Below, piece by piece: positions 50,830-60,095 of a DNA stretch of 64,000 nucleotides. Position numbers and translations under genes: made by a program. The stretch lies in contig CAKPMN010000001.1 of NCBI GenBank assembly GCA_934168005.1, positions 2,597 to 66,596 of the forward strand, written 5' to 3'. The notes under the pieces were generated by a model that saw only the letters and a list, made by a program, of their open reading frames with translations, was not told the DNA's origin and ran no database searches. The DNA comes from an uncultured Bacilli bacterium. GTDB taxonomy: Bacteria > Bacillota_I > Bacilli_A > RF39 > UBA660. How positions within the stretch are numbered: the first letter of the stretch is position 1; each line of letters begins with the position of its first letter.

Positions 50830-52507
50830 CGCTAAATCTGTTTTAAAGCATAAATTTAGATTTATATTATCAAGTATAATTCTATCTTTATCAGTTGCTT
50901 TATTCTTATCTTTTTATAAGGTAGTTACATATGATATAGATAAAACGCATTTATCTAAATTAGATGGAGATATATTTGAGATTAAAAAAGTTAGTTATTT
51001 AAACAATGGATCTTTTATAACCAATTTTATTGATGATTATTCAGATATTGATAATGTTGTAGGTATCAGGTATGATTATTTAGATAAAAATCAAAATAGT
51101 GATTTCTATAAAATATTTAAATTGAATACATATGTTAATGATGATTTTTTTGAAGGAGAAAAAGATGAAGAAAGAAGTCCATATTATGATATTAGATTTC
51201 CAATAAAATTAGTTGTTAGTGATAATTATGATAATTTAATTGGAAGTAGAGTATTAAGTGATAATGAAATGGTTATAACAAGTTATATTGCAGACTTATT
51301 TATAAAATATGGAGTTTATAATTCAAATGGAAAACTTATTACTTTAAAAAATTACAATGAAATATTAAATCAAAAGTTTATTTTAAATGGCAAAGTATTA
51401 ACTATTAAAGGTATCATTAAATATGACACTAGCAAGTATGATTCGTTAAAGCAAATCGGTAATTATGATTCTGATTTATATAGTGATTTTTCAAAAGATA
51501 TGGAACGTTTCTATAATAATATTTATGTTTCTAAAAATTTTGTTAAAGAAAGTTATATAGATGTTGTTGATAATACAAATTATACTTACAAGTTAGATAA
51601 TAATAATATATCCATAGATAAATATGATTTATCAGTGTTTTATGATGGGGTTAATTATAAAAATGGTAAACTAAATGATAATGAAATTATTATAAACTTA
51701 TTTTCTGTTATAGATTCTGATTCTTTTAGTCAAGAATATTCTGATTTTATTGATAAAGATCCAAGTGATGATGATATTAAAAGCTTTATAATTAATTCTA
51801 TAAAAAAGTATAATGTTAGTTATAATATAGGAGATAATGTTAATATTAAAGTTTATCATGAAAGGAATTTTCCTGATGTTTTACATGATAAGATATTTAA
51901 CCAACTTAATCTAAAAGTAGCAGGATTTACTATACTTAATAATAATTATGTATCTTTAAATGTTTCAAACGCTTATAAAACTAGGCTTTTTCCTATATCT
52001 TCTATATTGGTTAAAGAAGATAAGAATTCTTTGATAAAAAAATACCCATATGGGTCTGATTATATAGTTTATTCTTATGAATTATCTAGTATTGTTAATT
52101 GTTATACGTTAATTAATAGTAGTAAAAACATATTGATTGCGATTTCTTCAGTATTTTTATTATTTTCTATATTATTATCTTATCGTTTTGTCAGTTTAAC
52201 TATTAAGGATAATAAGAAAAAAATAGGAATATTAAGATCTCTTGGTAGTGGAAATTTTGATATATTAAAAATTTTTATGGTAGAGACATTATTTTTGGTA
52301 TTATTTACATCACTATTTACTTTTATAAATATGAATATTGTGTTTAAATTTTTAATTTATCAAAATGGTGATATAGGTATTTTTAATATATATTTTTATG
52401 ATTATTTATTAATTATTTTACTTAGTAGTATAGTTTATTTTCTTTCTACTTATTTAAGCTTTTTAAAAATGCTTAAATCAAAAATTATAGAATTAATTTA
52501 TAGGTGA
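50114..52507 (+). CDS. Fused ABC transporter: N-terminal ATPase plus C-terminal FtsX/MacB-like permease with a large extracytoplasmic domain
   Basis: Walker A GQSGSGKTT, signature LSGGERQRVA and Walker B ILADEVTANLD. A TM helix, a roughly 400-aa extracytoplasmic region and C-terminal TM helices follow. Confidence 0.85.
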   Translation: MLEIENVNKSYLKQENVLKNISLSFDKGLVCILGQSGSGKTTLLNVLGMLDKAEGSIYVDGLDINKLKDKELDYYRNTYVGFIFQDFNLIEDFTVYENIVLPLKLQGKKIDNELIDNYLKRLGIYELRYRKPNELSGGERQRVAILRAVVKDPKIILADEVTANLDSKTGLEVMNLLKEISKDRLVILVTHNNEYASKYADRIIKIEDGYVDNDLLKHEDNTYKTVKSKLPFLYAFKLGAKSVLKHKFRFILSSIILSLSVALFLSFYKVVTYDIDKTHLSKLDGDIFEIKKVSYLNNGSFITNFIDDYSDIDNVVGIRYDYLDKNQNSDFYKIFKLNTYVNDDFFEGEKDEERSPYYDIRFPIKLVVSDNYDNLIGSRVLSDNEMVITSYIADLFIKYGVYNSNGKLITLKNYNEILNQKFILNGKVLTIKGIIKYDTSKYDSLKQIGNYDSDLYSDFSKDMERFYNNIYVSKNFVKESYIDVVDNTNYTYKLDNNNISIDKYDLSVFYDGVNYKNGKLNDNEIIINLFSVIDSDSFSQEYSDFIDKDPSDDDIKSFIINSIKKYNVSYNIGDNVNIKVYHERNFPDVLHDKIFNQLNLKVAGFTILNNNYVSLNVSNAYKTRLFPISSILVKEDKNSLIKKYPYGSDYIVYSYELSSIVNCYTLINSSKNILIAISSVFLLFSILLSYRFVSLTIKDNKKKIGILRSLGSGNFDILKIFMVETLFLVLFTSLFTFINMNIVFKFLIYQNGDIGIFNIYFYDYLLIILLSSIVYFLSTYLSFLKMLKSKIIELIYR

Positions 52508-53226
52508 TTTATGTTAGAGATAGAAAATATTAATAAAAGTTATTTAAAACAAGAAAATGTTTTAAAAAATATAAGTTTGAGTTTTGATAAAGGATTAGTT
52601 TGTATACTTGGACAATCTGGATCAGGTAAAACTACTTTACTTAATGTACTTGGTATGCTTGATAAGGCGGAAGGTAGTATTTATGTAGATGGACTTGATA
52701 TAAATAAATTAAAAGATAAAGAGTTAGATTACTATAGAAATACTTATGTAGGATTTATATTTCAAGATTTTAATTTAATAGAAGATTTTACAGTATATGA
52801 AAATATAGTTTTACCATTAAAATTACAAGGTAAAAAAATAGATAATGAATTAATAGATAATTATTTAAAAAGATTAGGAATATATGAATTAAGATATAGA
52901 AAGCCTAATGAATTATCAGGAGGGGAAAGGCAGAGAGTAGCGATACTTAGAGCAGTAGTAAAAGATCCAAAAATAATATTAGCTGATGAGGTAACAGCTA
53001 ATCTAGATAGTAAAACAGGATTAGAAGTAATGAACTTATTAAAAGAAATAAGTAAGGATAGATTAGTAATATTAGTAACACATAACAATGAATATGCCTC
53101 TAAATATGCGGATAGAATAATAAAAATAGAAGATGGATATGTAAATAATGATTTATTAAAGCATGAAGATAATACATATAAAACAGTCAAAAGTAAATTG
53201 CCTTTCTTATATGCTTTTAAATTAGG
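52505..53226 (+). repeat. Direct repeat copy B (about 716 bp)
   Basis: See copy A. Identity ends after the codons for ...LYAFKLG. Confidence 0.85.
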
Positions 53227-54472
53227 AATTAAAATGTTTTTATCAAAATTTAAATTATATTTTTCCTTTACTTTTTTGTTTGTATTTTGTCTTTTACTTA
53301 TGAATGCCACTTTAGCAGTTATTAATTTTAATAAATATGATCAGATGTTTTATTCTTCTAAAAGTCCTTATTTAATGAAGAGAGTAGATAAATACAATAA
53401 TTACCTTCCAATCAGTTATTCTAATAAATATAACGTTTTATATACGAATGGTGTCGATAATATAGTTGTTATGAATGGATTTAAATATGATTATATTGGG
53501 ACTTATCCAGAAAATATAAATGAAGTAATGGTATCTAAAAGTTTAGTTGGTAAAAATGTTCTTCCTTTAGAAAATATAAAAGTAACTGGTGTTGTGCTAG
53601 ATAATTTGGATAATATTTATGTATTAGATGGACTTGTTCCAAGTTTAAAAAGTTATAAAGTAGATGGTTTAATAGAGTCAAATAAATACATTTTTAAACT
53701 AAATAAAAAGATAATAAGTGATATTGATATAGGAAGCTACTATATTAAAGATGGAGTAAAAGTTAAACTTAATAATAATGAAGCTATAATTAGTAATAGT
53801 ATAGAAAATGCAGAAGAAATGATTGGAAAAACAATATCTCTTTATGTGTATAAAGAATTAGATGTCTATTATTCTGGTATAGATAGAACACCAGACAAAG
53901 TGTTTAATGATATTAAAATAGTTGGAGTAGGAGATAATAATATATTTAGCAGTGATTTACTTAAGGATTACTATAAATATACTTACACTATAGATGGCAT
54001 TTATTTAAATAATAAAACTGATGTGTATGATTTTTATGATAAAGGTTATATTTCTTTAGAAAATTATGATAAGAATTTAGAATTATTTAAAAATATTGAA
54101 GATATTAAATTAGCTACTATAGCGATTTTTATAGTATTAACTTTGGTTTTGTTTGGACTTATTGTTTATTTTGTTCCATATATTATTAGAACCAATAAAA
54201 AGAATATAGCTATTTTAAAGAGTTTAGGTACAAGTAACGCTGATATTAATAAAATTTTGTTTGCGGAATTATTTGTGTTTTGTTTGAATATAGCTTTATT
54301 TAGTTATTTATTATTTAAATTAAGTTTATATTTATTCAAGTTAAAAAATAATTTTATATATTTATCTAATAGTTATTATATTATTTTTATTACTTTAATT
54401 TTAATATTAATTTTAGTTAGAATATTACTATTAAAATATGAAAAGATGAGTATAAGAAGTTTATTAGATTAG
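52511..54472 (+). CDS. Second fused ABC ATPase/FtsX-like permease, paralog of the preceding gene
   Basis: Its first roughly 238 codons are virtually identical to the upstream gene; the remaining permease part has diverged. Confidence 0.85.
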   Translation: MLEIENINKSYLKQENVLKNISLSFDKGLVCILGQSGSGKTTLLNVLGMLDKAEGSIYVDGLDINKLKDKELDYYRNTYVGFIFQDFNLIEDFTVYENIVLPLKLQGKKIDNELIDNYLKRLGIYELRYRKPNELSGGERQRVAILRAVVKDPKIILADEVTANLDSKTGLEVMNLLKEISKDRLVILVTHNNEYASKYADRIIKIEDGYVNNDLLKHEDNTYKTVKSKLPFLYAFKLGIKMFLSKFKLYFSFTFLFVFCLLLMNATLAVINFNKYDQMFYSSKSPYLMKRVDKYNNYLPISYSNKYNVLYTNGVDNIVVMNGFKYDYIGTYPENINEVMVSKSLVGKNVLPLENIKVTGVVLDNLDNIYVLDGLVPSLKSYKVDGLIESNKYIFKLNKKIISDIDIGSYYIKDGVKVKLNNNEAIISNSIENAEEMIGKTISLYVYKELDVYYSGIDRTPDKVFNDIKIVGVGDNNIFSSDLLKDYYKYTYTIDGIYLNNKTDVYDFYDKGYISLENYDKNLELFKNIEDIKLATIAIFIVLTLVLFGLIVYFVPYIIRTNKKNIAILKSLGTSNADINKILFAELFVFCLNIALFSYLLFKLSLYLFKLKNNFIYLSNSYYIIFITLILILILVRILLLKYEKMSIRSLLD

Positions 54473-54557
54473 TAAGTAGTAAAGTAATCTTTACTATTTT
54501 TCTATTATTTGATATAATTATTTAGTCATAAAAATTTATATGGAAAGGAGGAAATGT

Positions 54558-56201
54558 ATGAAAATTAAGATATTTGCGTTAGGTGGATTAAATGAACGTG
54601 GAAAAAACATGTATGTAGTTGAAGTAGAAGATGAAATATATGTATTAGATGCCGGATTAAAATATCCTGATGATAAGATGCTTGGAATTGATTATATTAT
54701 TCCTAACTTTGACTATTTAAAGGAAAACATTAAAAGAGTTAAAGGTATTTTTGTTACTCATGGACATGATGAACAAATGGGAGCTTTATCTGATATAGTA
54801 TCAGAGATTCCAAATATTCCAATCTATGCAACTGAATTTACTATGGCTTTAATTCAAAATGAATTAGATGAAGATAAATGTAAAGCTTCTAATCTACATG
54901 TTATTGAACCATATAAAGCTATTAAATTTAAACATGCAAATGTATTTCCAGTATCACTTACTCATTCAATTCCAGGTAATGTAGGATTTGTAATCAACAC
55001 TCGTGATGGAGCTATTGTTTATACAGGAAACTTTGTATTTGACCAAAAAATGCTTGGACCTTATAAAACAGATATAGGGAAACTTGCTTATGTTGGTAAA
55101 AAAGGTGTTTTATGCTTAATGAGTGAATCTTTATATGCAGAAAAGCAAGGATATACTTCACCTAACAATCGTATTTATAGTATTGTACGTGACGCGATAA
55201 GTGGAAATGATGGAAGAATATTGTTTAATATCTTTGATTCACAGTTCTATCGTTTACAAGAAGTTTTAACTGAAATTAACAAAACTGATAGAAATATAGT
55301 TATATTAGGTAAGAGACTTGAAAATGCTATAAATAAAGCTATTCATGAAAAATACTTAGATTTTGATATTAAGAAAATAAAAGGTCTTAAGAATGTAAAC
55401 GATGAAGGTATAATTATATTAATATCTGATGAACGTGAAAAGCCTTTTTCTAATATTAATAGAATTATTAAAGGTTATGATAAATTTATTCAAATCCACG
55501 ATACTGATACTGTAGTTTTTGCTTCTCCTGTATATGAGGGAATGGAATTAAGAGCAACTAAAGTATATGACGAGGTTGCTAAAATAGGATCCAATTTAAT
55601 AATAGTTCCAACAAAGAAGTATTTATCAAATCATGCTTCTAGTGAAGATTTGATGATGATGATAAACTTAATGGAACCTAAATATTATTTCCCTGTAATA
55701 GGAGAATATCGTCATCAAGTTGAAAATAAAAAAGCTGCTTTAAAAGTTGGAATGAAGGAAGACAATATTTTACTTAGACTTAATGGACAAGTTACAGTAT
55801 TTAATAATGGTAAATTAGAAGAAACTAATGAAATTGTTAAGACTGATGAAATATTAGTTGATGGTAAAAATGCTCATGATGTTTCTGAGGTTGTTGTAAA
55901 AGATAGGGAAATGCTTAGTGATAATGGTATTGTTATTGTATCAGCTACAGTAGATCACACTACTAAAAAACTAGTATGTGGACCTGAAATTAATAATAAG
56001 GGTTTCCTTTATATGAAAGAAAATATTGATGTTTTAAATGAAGCAACTAAAATAGCTCGTGATGTAATATTAGAAAATACAAAGCAAAATTTTGTTGATT
56101 TTAACAAAGTTAAAATGGGTATTCGTGATAAATTAGGTAAATATTTTTATAAAGAAACTGAATGTAAGCCTATGATTTTAGTTGTTATAAGTGAAATATA
56201 G
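54558..56201 (+). CDS. rnj: Ribonuclease J (metallo-beta-lactamase / beta-CASP)
   Basis: The N-terminus MKIKIFALGGLNERGKNMYVVE, the metal site THGHDEQMGAL, and a beta-CASP region plus C-terminal domain. The start is ATG 54558 after AGGAGG. Confidence 0.9.
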   Translation: MKIKIFALGGLNERGKNMYVVEVEDEIYVLDAGLKYPDDKMLGIDYIIPNFDYLKENIKRVKGIFVTHGHDEQMGALSDIVSEIPNIPIYATEFTMALIQNELDEDKCKASNLHVIEPYKAIKFKHANVFPVSLTHSIPGNVGFVINTRDGAIVYTGNFVFDQKMLGPYKTDIGKLAYVGKKGVLCLMSESLYAEKQGYTSPNNRIYSIVRDAISGNDGRILFNIFDSQFYRLQEVLTEINKTDRNIVILGKRLENAINKAIHEKYLDFDIKKIKGLKNVNDEGIIILISDEREKPFSNINRIIKGYDKFIQIHDTDTVVFASPVYEGMELRATKVYDEVAKIGSNLIIVPTKKYLSNHASSEDLMMMINLMEPKYYFPVIGEYRHQVENKKAALKVGMKEDNILLRLNGQVTVFNNGKLEETNEIVKTDEILVDGKNAHDVSEVVVKDREMLSDNGIVIVSATVDHTTKKLVCGPEINNKGFLYMKENIDVLNEATKIARDVILENTKQNFVDFNKVKMGIRDKLGKYFYKETECKPMILVVISEI

Positions 56202-56232
56202 TAGAATTTGTATTCTACTTTTTTTCATATAA
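56202..56232 (+). terminator. Rho-independent terminator after rnj
   Basis: GTAGAAT-ttgt-ATTCTAC followed by TTTTTTT. Confidence 0.6.
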
Positions 56233-56409
56233 ATTACATATTATTTTCACAAATGAAGTTTATACTGAATATAGAAATGAAGGTGATAGATGATAAAAAA
56301 AGTTGAAACAGACTAATTAAAATGGAATATAAAGAATTTAAATACACTCCTTACTATACTTTAAATAAATACCTAAAACTAAAAGTACGTGATTACGTAC
56401 TTTTTAATT

Positions 56410-56439
56410 ACTTTAAAAATTGTAAAAATATATATTAGT
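56410..56439 (+). promoter_or_regulatory. Candidate extended -10 sigma-A promoter for the LCP gene
   Basis: TTGTAA at 56410-56415, an 18-bp spacer, then TGtTATAAT ending at 56439. The ORF-track start at 56438 lies inside this promoter, so the real start is ATG 56465. Confidence 0.45.
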
Positions 56440-56464
56440 GTGTTATAATAGTTTTGGTGATGAT

Positions 56465-57922
56465 ATGAAAAAGAGAACACATTCTAAAAAAATGAAGAAA
56501 GTTATGGGAGTTATTGGACCTATTATTGCTATCTTATTAACTTTCTGTTTTTTATTTTTATTAGTAAGAATTATGGGAATGAATATTATTCCTGATAAAT
56601 ATTTAATTTTAATAGGAGTGGTAGCACTAATAATCTTTTTATTTGATGTATTTTTACTTATACCTAAAGTAAAATGGCAAATTAAAATATTTTTTAGTGT
56701 ACTTTCTATACCAATAATAGCGTTATCTATATTTGGTATACTTAAAGTAAATGATACTATAGACTTCTTTAAAAAAATAGGTGCGATTGATTATGAGGTT
56801 GAACAATATTATGTATTAGTCTTAAAAAATAGCGCTTATAAAGATATTAGTGATATAGCGAGTAAAAAGATTGGCGTATATCCAAATTCATCTGACACTT
56901 ATAAACTAGCTAATAGTAAACTAGATGAAAAGGTTAAAACTTCTAAGGTTGAATATACTGACATGCTTAAATTAGCTAATGATCTATTAAATAAAAAGAT
57001 TGATGCTTTATTGATAAGTGATGCTTATAAATCTGCAATAGAAGAAGAAAATGATGCATTCTTATCAAAGGTAAAAACTTTATATACAATAGAAGTTAAA
57101 ACCGAATTGGATAATATTGGAAAAGATGCAAAAGTAACAAAAGAACCTTTCAATATATATATTAGTGGTATTGATACATATGGAGTTATATCAACTCGTT
57201 CTCGTAGTGATGTTAATATGATAATGACTATTAATCCTACAACTAATGAAATATTACTTACTAATATTCCAAGAGACTATTATGTACAATTACATGGAAC
57301 AACAGGTCTTAAAGATAAATTAACTCATGCTGGTGTATATGGAATCAATAAATCTATTCAGACTATTGAAGATTTAATGGATATAGATATTAATTATTAT
57401 GTTCGTGTTAACTTTAATACTTTAATTAAAGTTGTTGATACAATAGGTGGAATTGAAATAGATTCTGATAAAGCATTTACACCTTATACAGATCCTTCTT
57501 GTCCTATTAAAAAAGGAATTAATAAGTTAGATGGTAAATGTGCACTTGCATTTTCTCGTGAAAGACATGCATATTTAGAAGGTGATAGACATCGTGGTCA
57601 AAATCAACAACAAGTTATTACTAAAATAATTGAAAAAATGACAGAAAGTTCTACTTTAATTAGTAAATATAGTAGTATATTGAATACTTTAGAAGGTAGT
57701 TTCCAAACAAGTTTATCTACTGATGAAATATATGCTTTAATTAAGATGCAACTTAATGATATGCCTCATTGGAATATCACTTCACAAGCAGTTGATGGAA
57801 CTGGTTCTATGTCATATACTCATAGTTATCCAAATCAAAAACTTTATGTTATGATTCCAAAAGAATCTACTCTTACTGAAGCAAAAAACAACATTCAAAA
57901 TATTATTAATAAATCAAATTAG
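56465..57922 (+). CDS. LytR-CpsA-Psr (LCP) family cell-envelope phosphotransferase
   Basis: A cytoplasmic Lys-rich N-terminus and TM helices, then an LCP domain (NIYISGIDTYGVISTRSRSDVNMIMTINP...IPRDYYV...THAGVYG). Confidence 0.85.
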   Translation: MKKRTHSKKMKKVMGVIGPIIAILLTFCFLFLLVRIMGMNIIPDKYLILIGVVALIIFLFDVFLLIPKVKWQIKIFFSVLSIPIIALSIFGILKVNDTIDFFKKIGAIDYEVEQYYVLVLKNSAYKDISDIASKKIGVYPNSSDTYKLANSKLDEKVKTSKVEYTDMLKLANDLLNKKIDALLISDAYKSAIEEENDAFLSKVKTLYTIEVKTELDNIGKDAKVTKEPFNIYISGIDTYGVISTRSRSDVNMIMTINPTTNEILLTNIPRDYYVQLHGTTGLKDKLTHAGVYGINKSIQTIEDLMDIDINYYVRVNFNTLIKVVDTIGGIEIDSDKAFTPYTDPSCPIKKGINKLDGKCALAFSRERHAYLEGDRHRGQNQQQVITKIIEKMTESSTLISKYSSILNTLEGSFQTSLSTDEIYALIKMQLNDMPHWNITSQAVDGTGSMSYTHSYPNQKLYVMIPKESTLTEAKNNIQNIINKSN

Positions 57923-57965
57923 CATAATTTAACAAACATATTTATATAGTTTTATAGGAGGATTT

Positions 57966-59180
57966 ATGAAAAAGTTTTTAAATAATTATAAAAGTAGTTT
58001 AATATTACTTTTAAGTGTAATAGTAGGAGGAATAATAGGGGTTATATTTAAGGAAGATGCAAAAGTATTACAACCATTAGGTGATATATTCTTAAATTTA
58101 CTTTTTGTGGCGATTGTACCACTTATATTTGTAACAATAACATCTTCTCTTACTAAAAAGAGTGAAAAAGGCCATTTTAGAAAAGTAGTTTCAAGAATAT
58201 TTTTATCTTTTGTTATTACTTCATTAGTTGCGGTTATAATAGGTTGCGTAGCTACTAAGTTATTCCCATTTGTGGATTCATCAAGTGTTGAGATACTTGA
58301 GGGTGCTAAAGTTGATACTGATTTAAATATATTACAAAGAACTGCTTCTTTATTAACTACGAGTGATTTTTACTTATTATTAAGCCGTGATAATATTGTT
58401 GCTTTACTTATTTTCTCTATATTATTTGGACTTTCAATTCGTAAAATGGGAGATGATGGTAAAGTATTAGTAGATATACTAAATGCTTTATCTAAGGCTA
58501 TTAATAATTTCATTACTATAATTATGTATTATGCTCCTATAGGTATTGCTTGTTATTTTGCAAGTTTAGTTGGAACTTTTGGGGATTCAATAACTAAAGG
58601 ATATTTAACTACATTTTTACTTTATTTAGCTGTTAGTGTATTTATGTATTTTATTGTTTACACTATTTATGCTTATTTATCTGGCGGAAAAGCTGGTGTA
58701 AAAGCATATTATAAAAATATAATGCCTACAACAGTAACTGCTTTATCTACTTGTTCATCAGCAGCTTCTATTCCAGTTAATACTCAAGTAGCTAAAAAAA
58801 TAGGTGTTAGTGAAGAGGTTGCTGATATGGCTATTCCTCTTGGAACAACATTTCATAAAGACGGTTCTATAATTGGTAGTGTATTTAAAATTATGTTTTT
58901 AACTTATTTATTTGGACTTGATGTATCAATAGGCAAATTGATATTTGTATCACTTGTTGCGACTTTACTTGTTACAGCGGTTCCAATTGGTGGAGGAACT
59001 ATATCTGAGGCGTTTATTTTATCATTAATTGGTGCTCCTCTAACAGCTCTTCCAATGCTTACTATAGTTGCGACTATTATAGATGCTCCTGCGACTGTTC
59101 TTAATGTAGTAGGCGATACAACTGTTTGTATGATGTCATCTCGTATGATTTATGGTAAAAAGTGGATAAAAAAGGCTTAA
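57966..59180 (+). CDS. Dicarboxylate/amino acid:cation symporter (DAACS family, GltP/SstT-like)
   Basis: A 404-aa polytopic protein whose C-terminal ATIIDAPATVLNVVGDTTV resembles the conserved D..RT..NV.GD segment of the DAACS family. Confidence 0.7.
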   Translation: MKKFLNNYKSSLILLLSVIVGGIIGVIFKEDAKVLQPLGDIFLNLLFVAIVPLIFVTITSSLTKKSEKGHFRKVVSRIFLSFVITSLVAVIIGCVATKLFPFVDSSSVEILEGAKVDTDLNILQRTASLLTTSDFYLLLSRDNIVALLIFSILFGLSIRKMGDDGKVLVDILNALSKAINNFITIIMYYAPIGIACYFASLVGTFGDSITKGYLTTFLLYLAVSVFMYFIVYTIYAYLSGGKAGVKAYYKNIMPTTVTALSTCSSAASIPVNTQVAKKIGVSEEVADMAIPLGTTFHKDGSIIGSVFKIMFLTYLFGLDVSIGKLIFVSLVATLLVTAVPIGGGTISEAFILSLIGAPLTALPMLTIVATIIDAPATVLNVVGDTTVCMMSSRMIYGKKWIKKA

Positions 59181-59194
59181 AAAGCCTTTTTTTG
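59172..59194 (+). terminator. Rho-independent terminator overlapping the symporter stop
   Basis: AAGGCTT-aaa-AAGCCTT followed by TTTTTTT. Confidence 0.7.
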
Positions 59195-59219
59195 TGGTAC
59201 AATAGGACCTGGTGATTTT

Positions 59220-60095
59220 ATGGAAGAACAGATTTTAGATATGCTTTATGATGTTTTATCTGAACATTCAGAATATTTAAGACAAACAAGATCGTTGTTA
59301 AGTGAGCAAGAAAGAATAAAAAAGGTATATGAATACATAAATAATTATCCATTCTTAAAGAAAAAAAGAGTTGTTAAAAAATTTATGTCTGAATTTGATA
59401 AAGGTACTGCTTCTTATAAAATGTTAGATGAAGTAGAAGATTTAATTAAAAAGATTAATTTTTCTTTATATGATAAGGAACCATCTATTCAAGATTTTAA
59501 GATAGACTCTATAGATGAATCAGTAATGGATGTTTTAAAAGAAGGAAGAGAATATTTAAAACTAATTGTTGATACTTGTAACAAGTTATTGGAAAATAAA
59601 GAAGATTTATTAAATTTTGAAAAATATAGCCGATGTTACTTAGTATTTTTTACAAACGATGATATAGTAAATAAATATAAAGATTTGTTTTCCTCTTTAG
59701 TTTTACATTTTGCTTCTACTCAAGAAAAAGAATTTAAAATATTAAATGATAGAAAACAAGAATTAACCGCACCTATTTCTATTATATCTATTCCTAGTGT
59801 AAAACCTTTTAAACGTGATGGTAAAAATACAAGTTATAATTGTACTTTTATAGATGTATCAGAAAAAGCTAAATACTTTAGAAAATTAATTTTGGTAGAT
59901 GAAGAGTTAGCTATGTCATTAATGTTAAGTGAAAAAGAGATAATATTATCTAGAATTGTGTATGACATATCTTTAGATTTAGAAGTTGCTTTTGAACTTG
60001 AAAGTAGTGAAGATATAGCTTTATTAACTAAGGAAAGAGAAAATATTTTATCTATTTTAAATGGGGGTGAGAAGATATGGCAGAAGTTAAAATAA
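59220..60095 (+). CDS. Hypothetical acidic cytoplasmic protein (291 aa)
   Basis: An ORF after the terminator, with GGACCTGGTGA upstream; no recognisable motif. Confidence 0.45.
   Translation: MEEQILDMLYDVLSEHSEYLRQTRSLLSEQERIKKVYEYINNYPFLKKKRVVKKFMSEFDKGTASYKMLDEVEDLIKKINFSLYDKEPSIQDFKIDSIDESVMDVLKEGREYLKLIVDTCNKLLENKEDLLNFEKYSRCYLVFFTNDDIVNKYKDLFSSLVLHFASTQEKEFKILNDRKQELTAPISIISIPSVKPFKRDGKNTSYNCTFIDVSEKAKYFRKLILVDEELAMSLMLSEKEIILSRIVYDISLDLEVAFELESSEDIALLTKERENILSILNGGEKIWQKLK

Noticed and set aside
50464-53310. The antisense ORFs 50464-50691 and 52861-53310 share an identical C-terminal peptide.
   Set aside because: They sit inside the two copies of the ABC ATPase-domain direct repeat. 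The identity simply reflects that repeat and does not indicate a duplicated antisense gene.
56438-56464. The ORF-track start MCYNSFGDD... for the LCP gene.
   Set aside because: These codons overlap the candidate TGtTATAAT -10 box (56431-56439). The ATG at 56465 (MKKRTHSKK...) has the RBS GGTGATG and is the plausible start.
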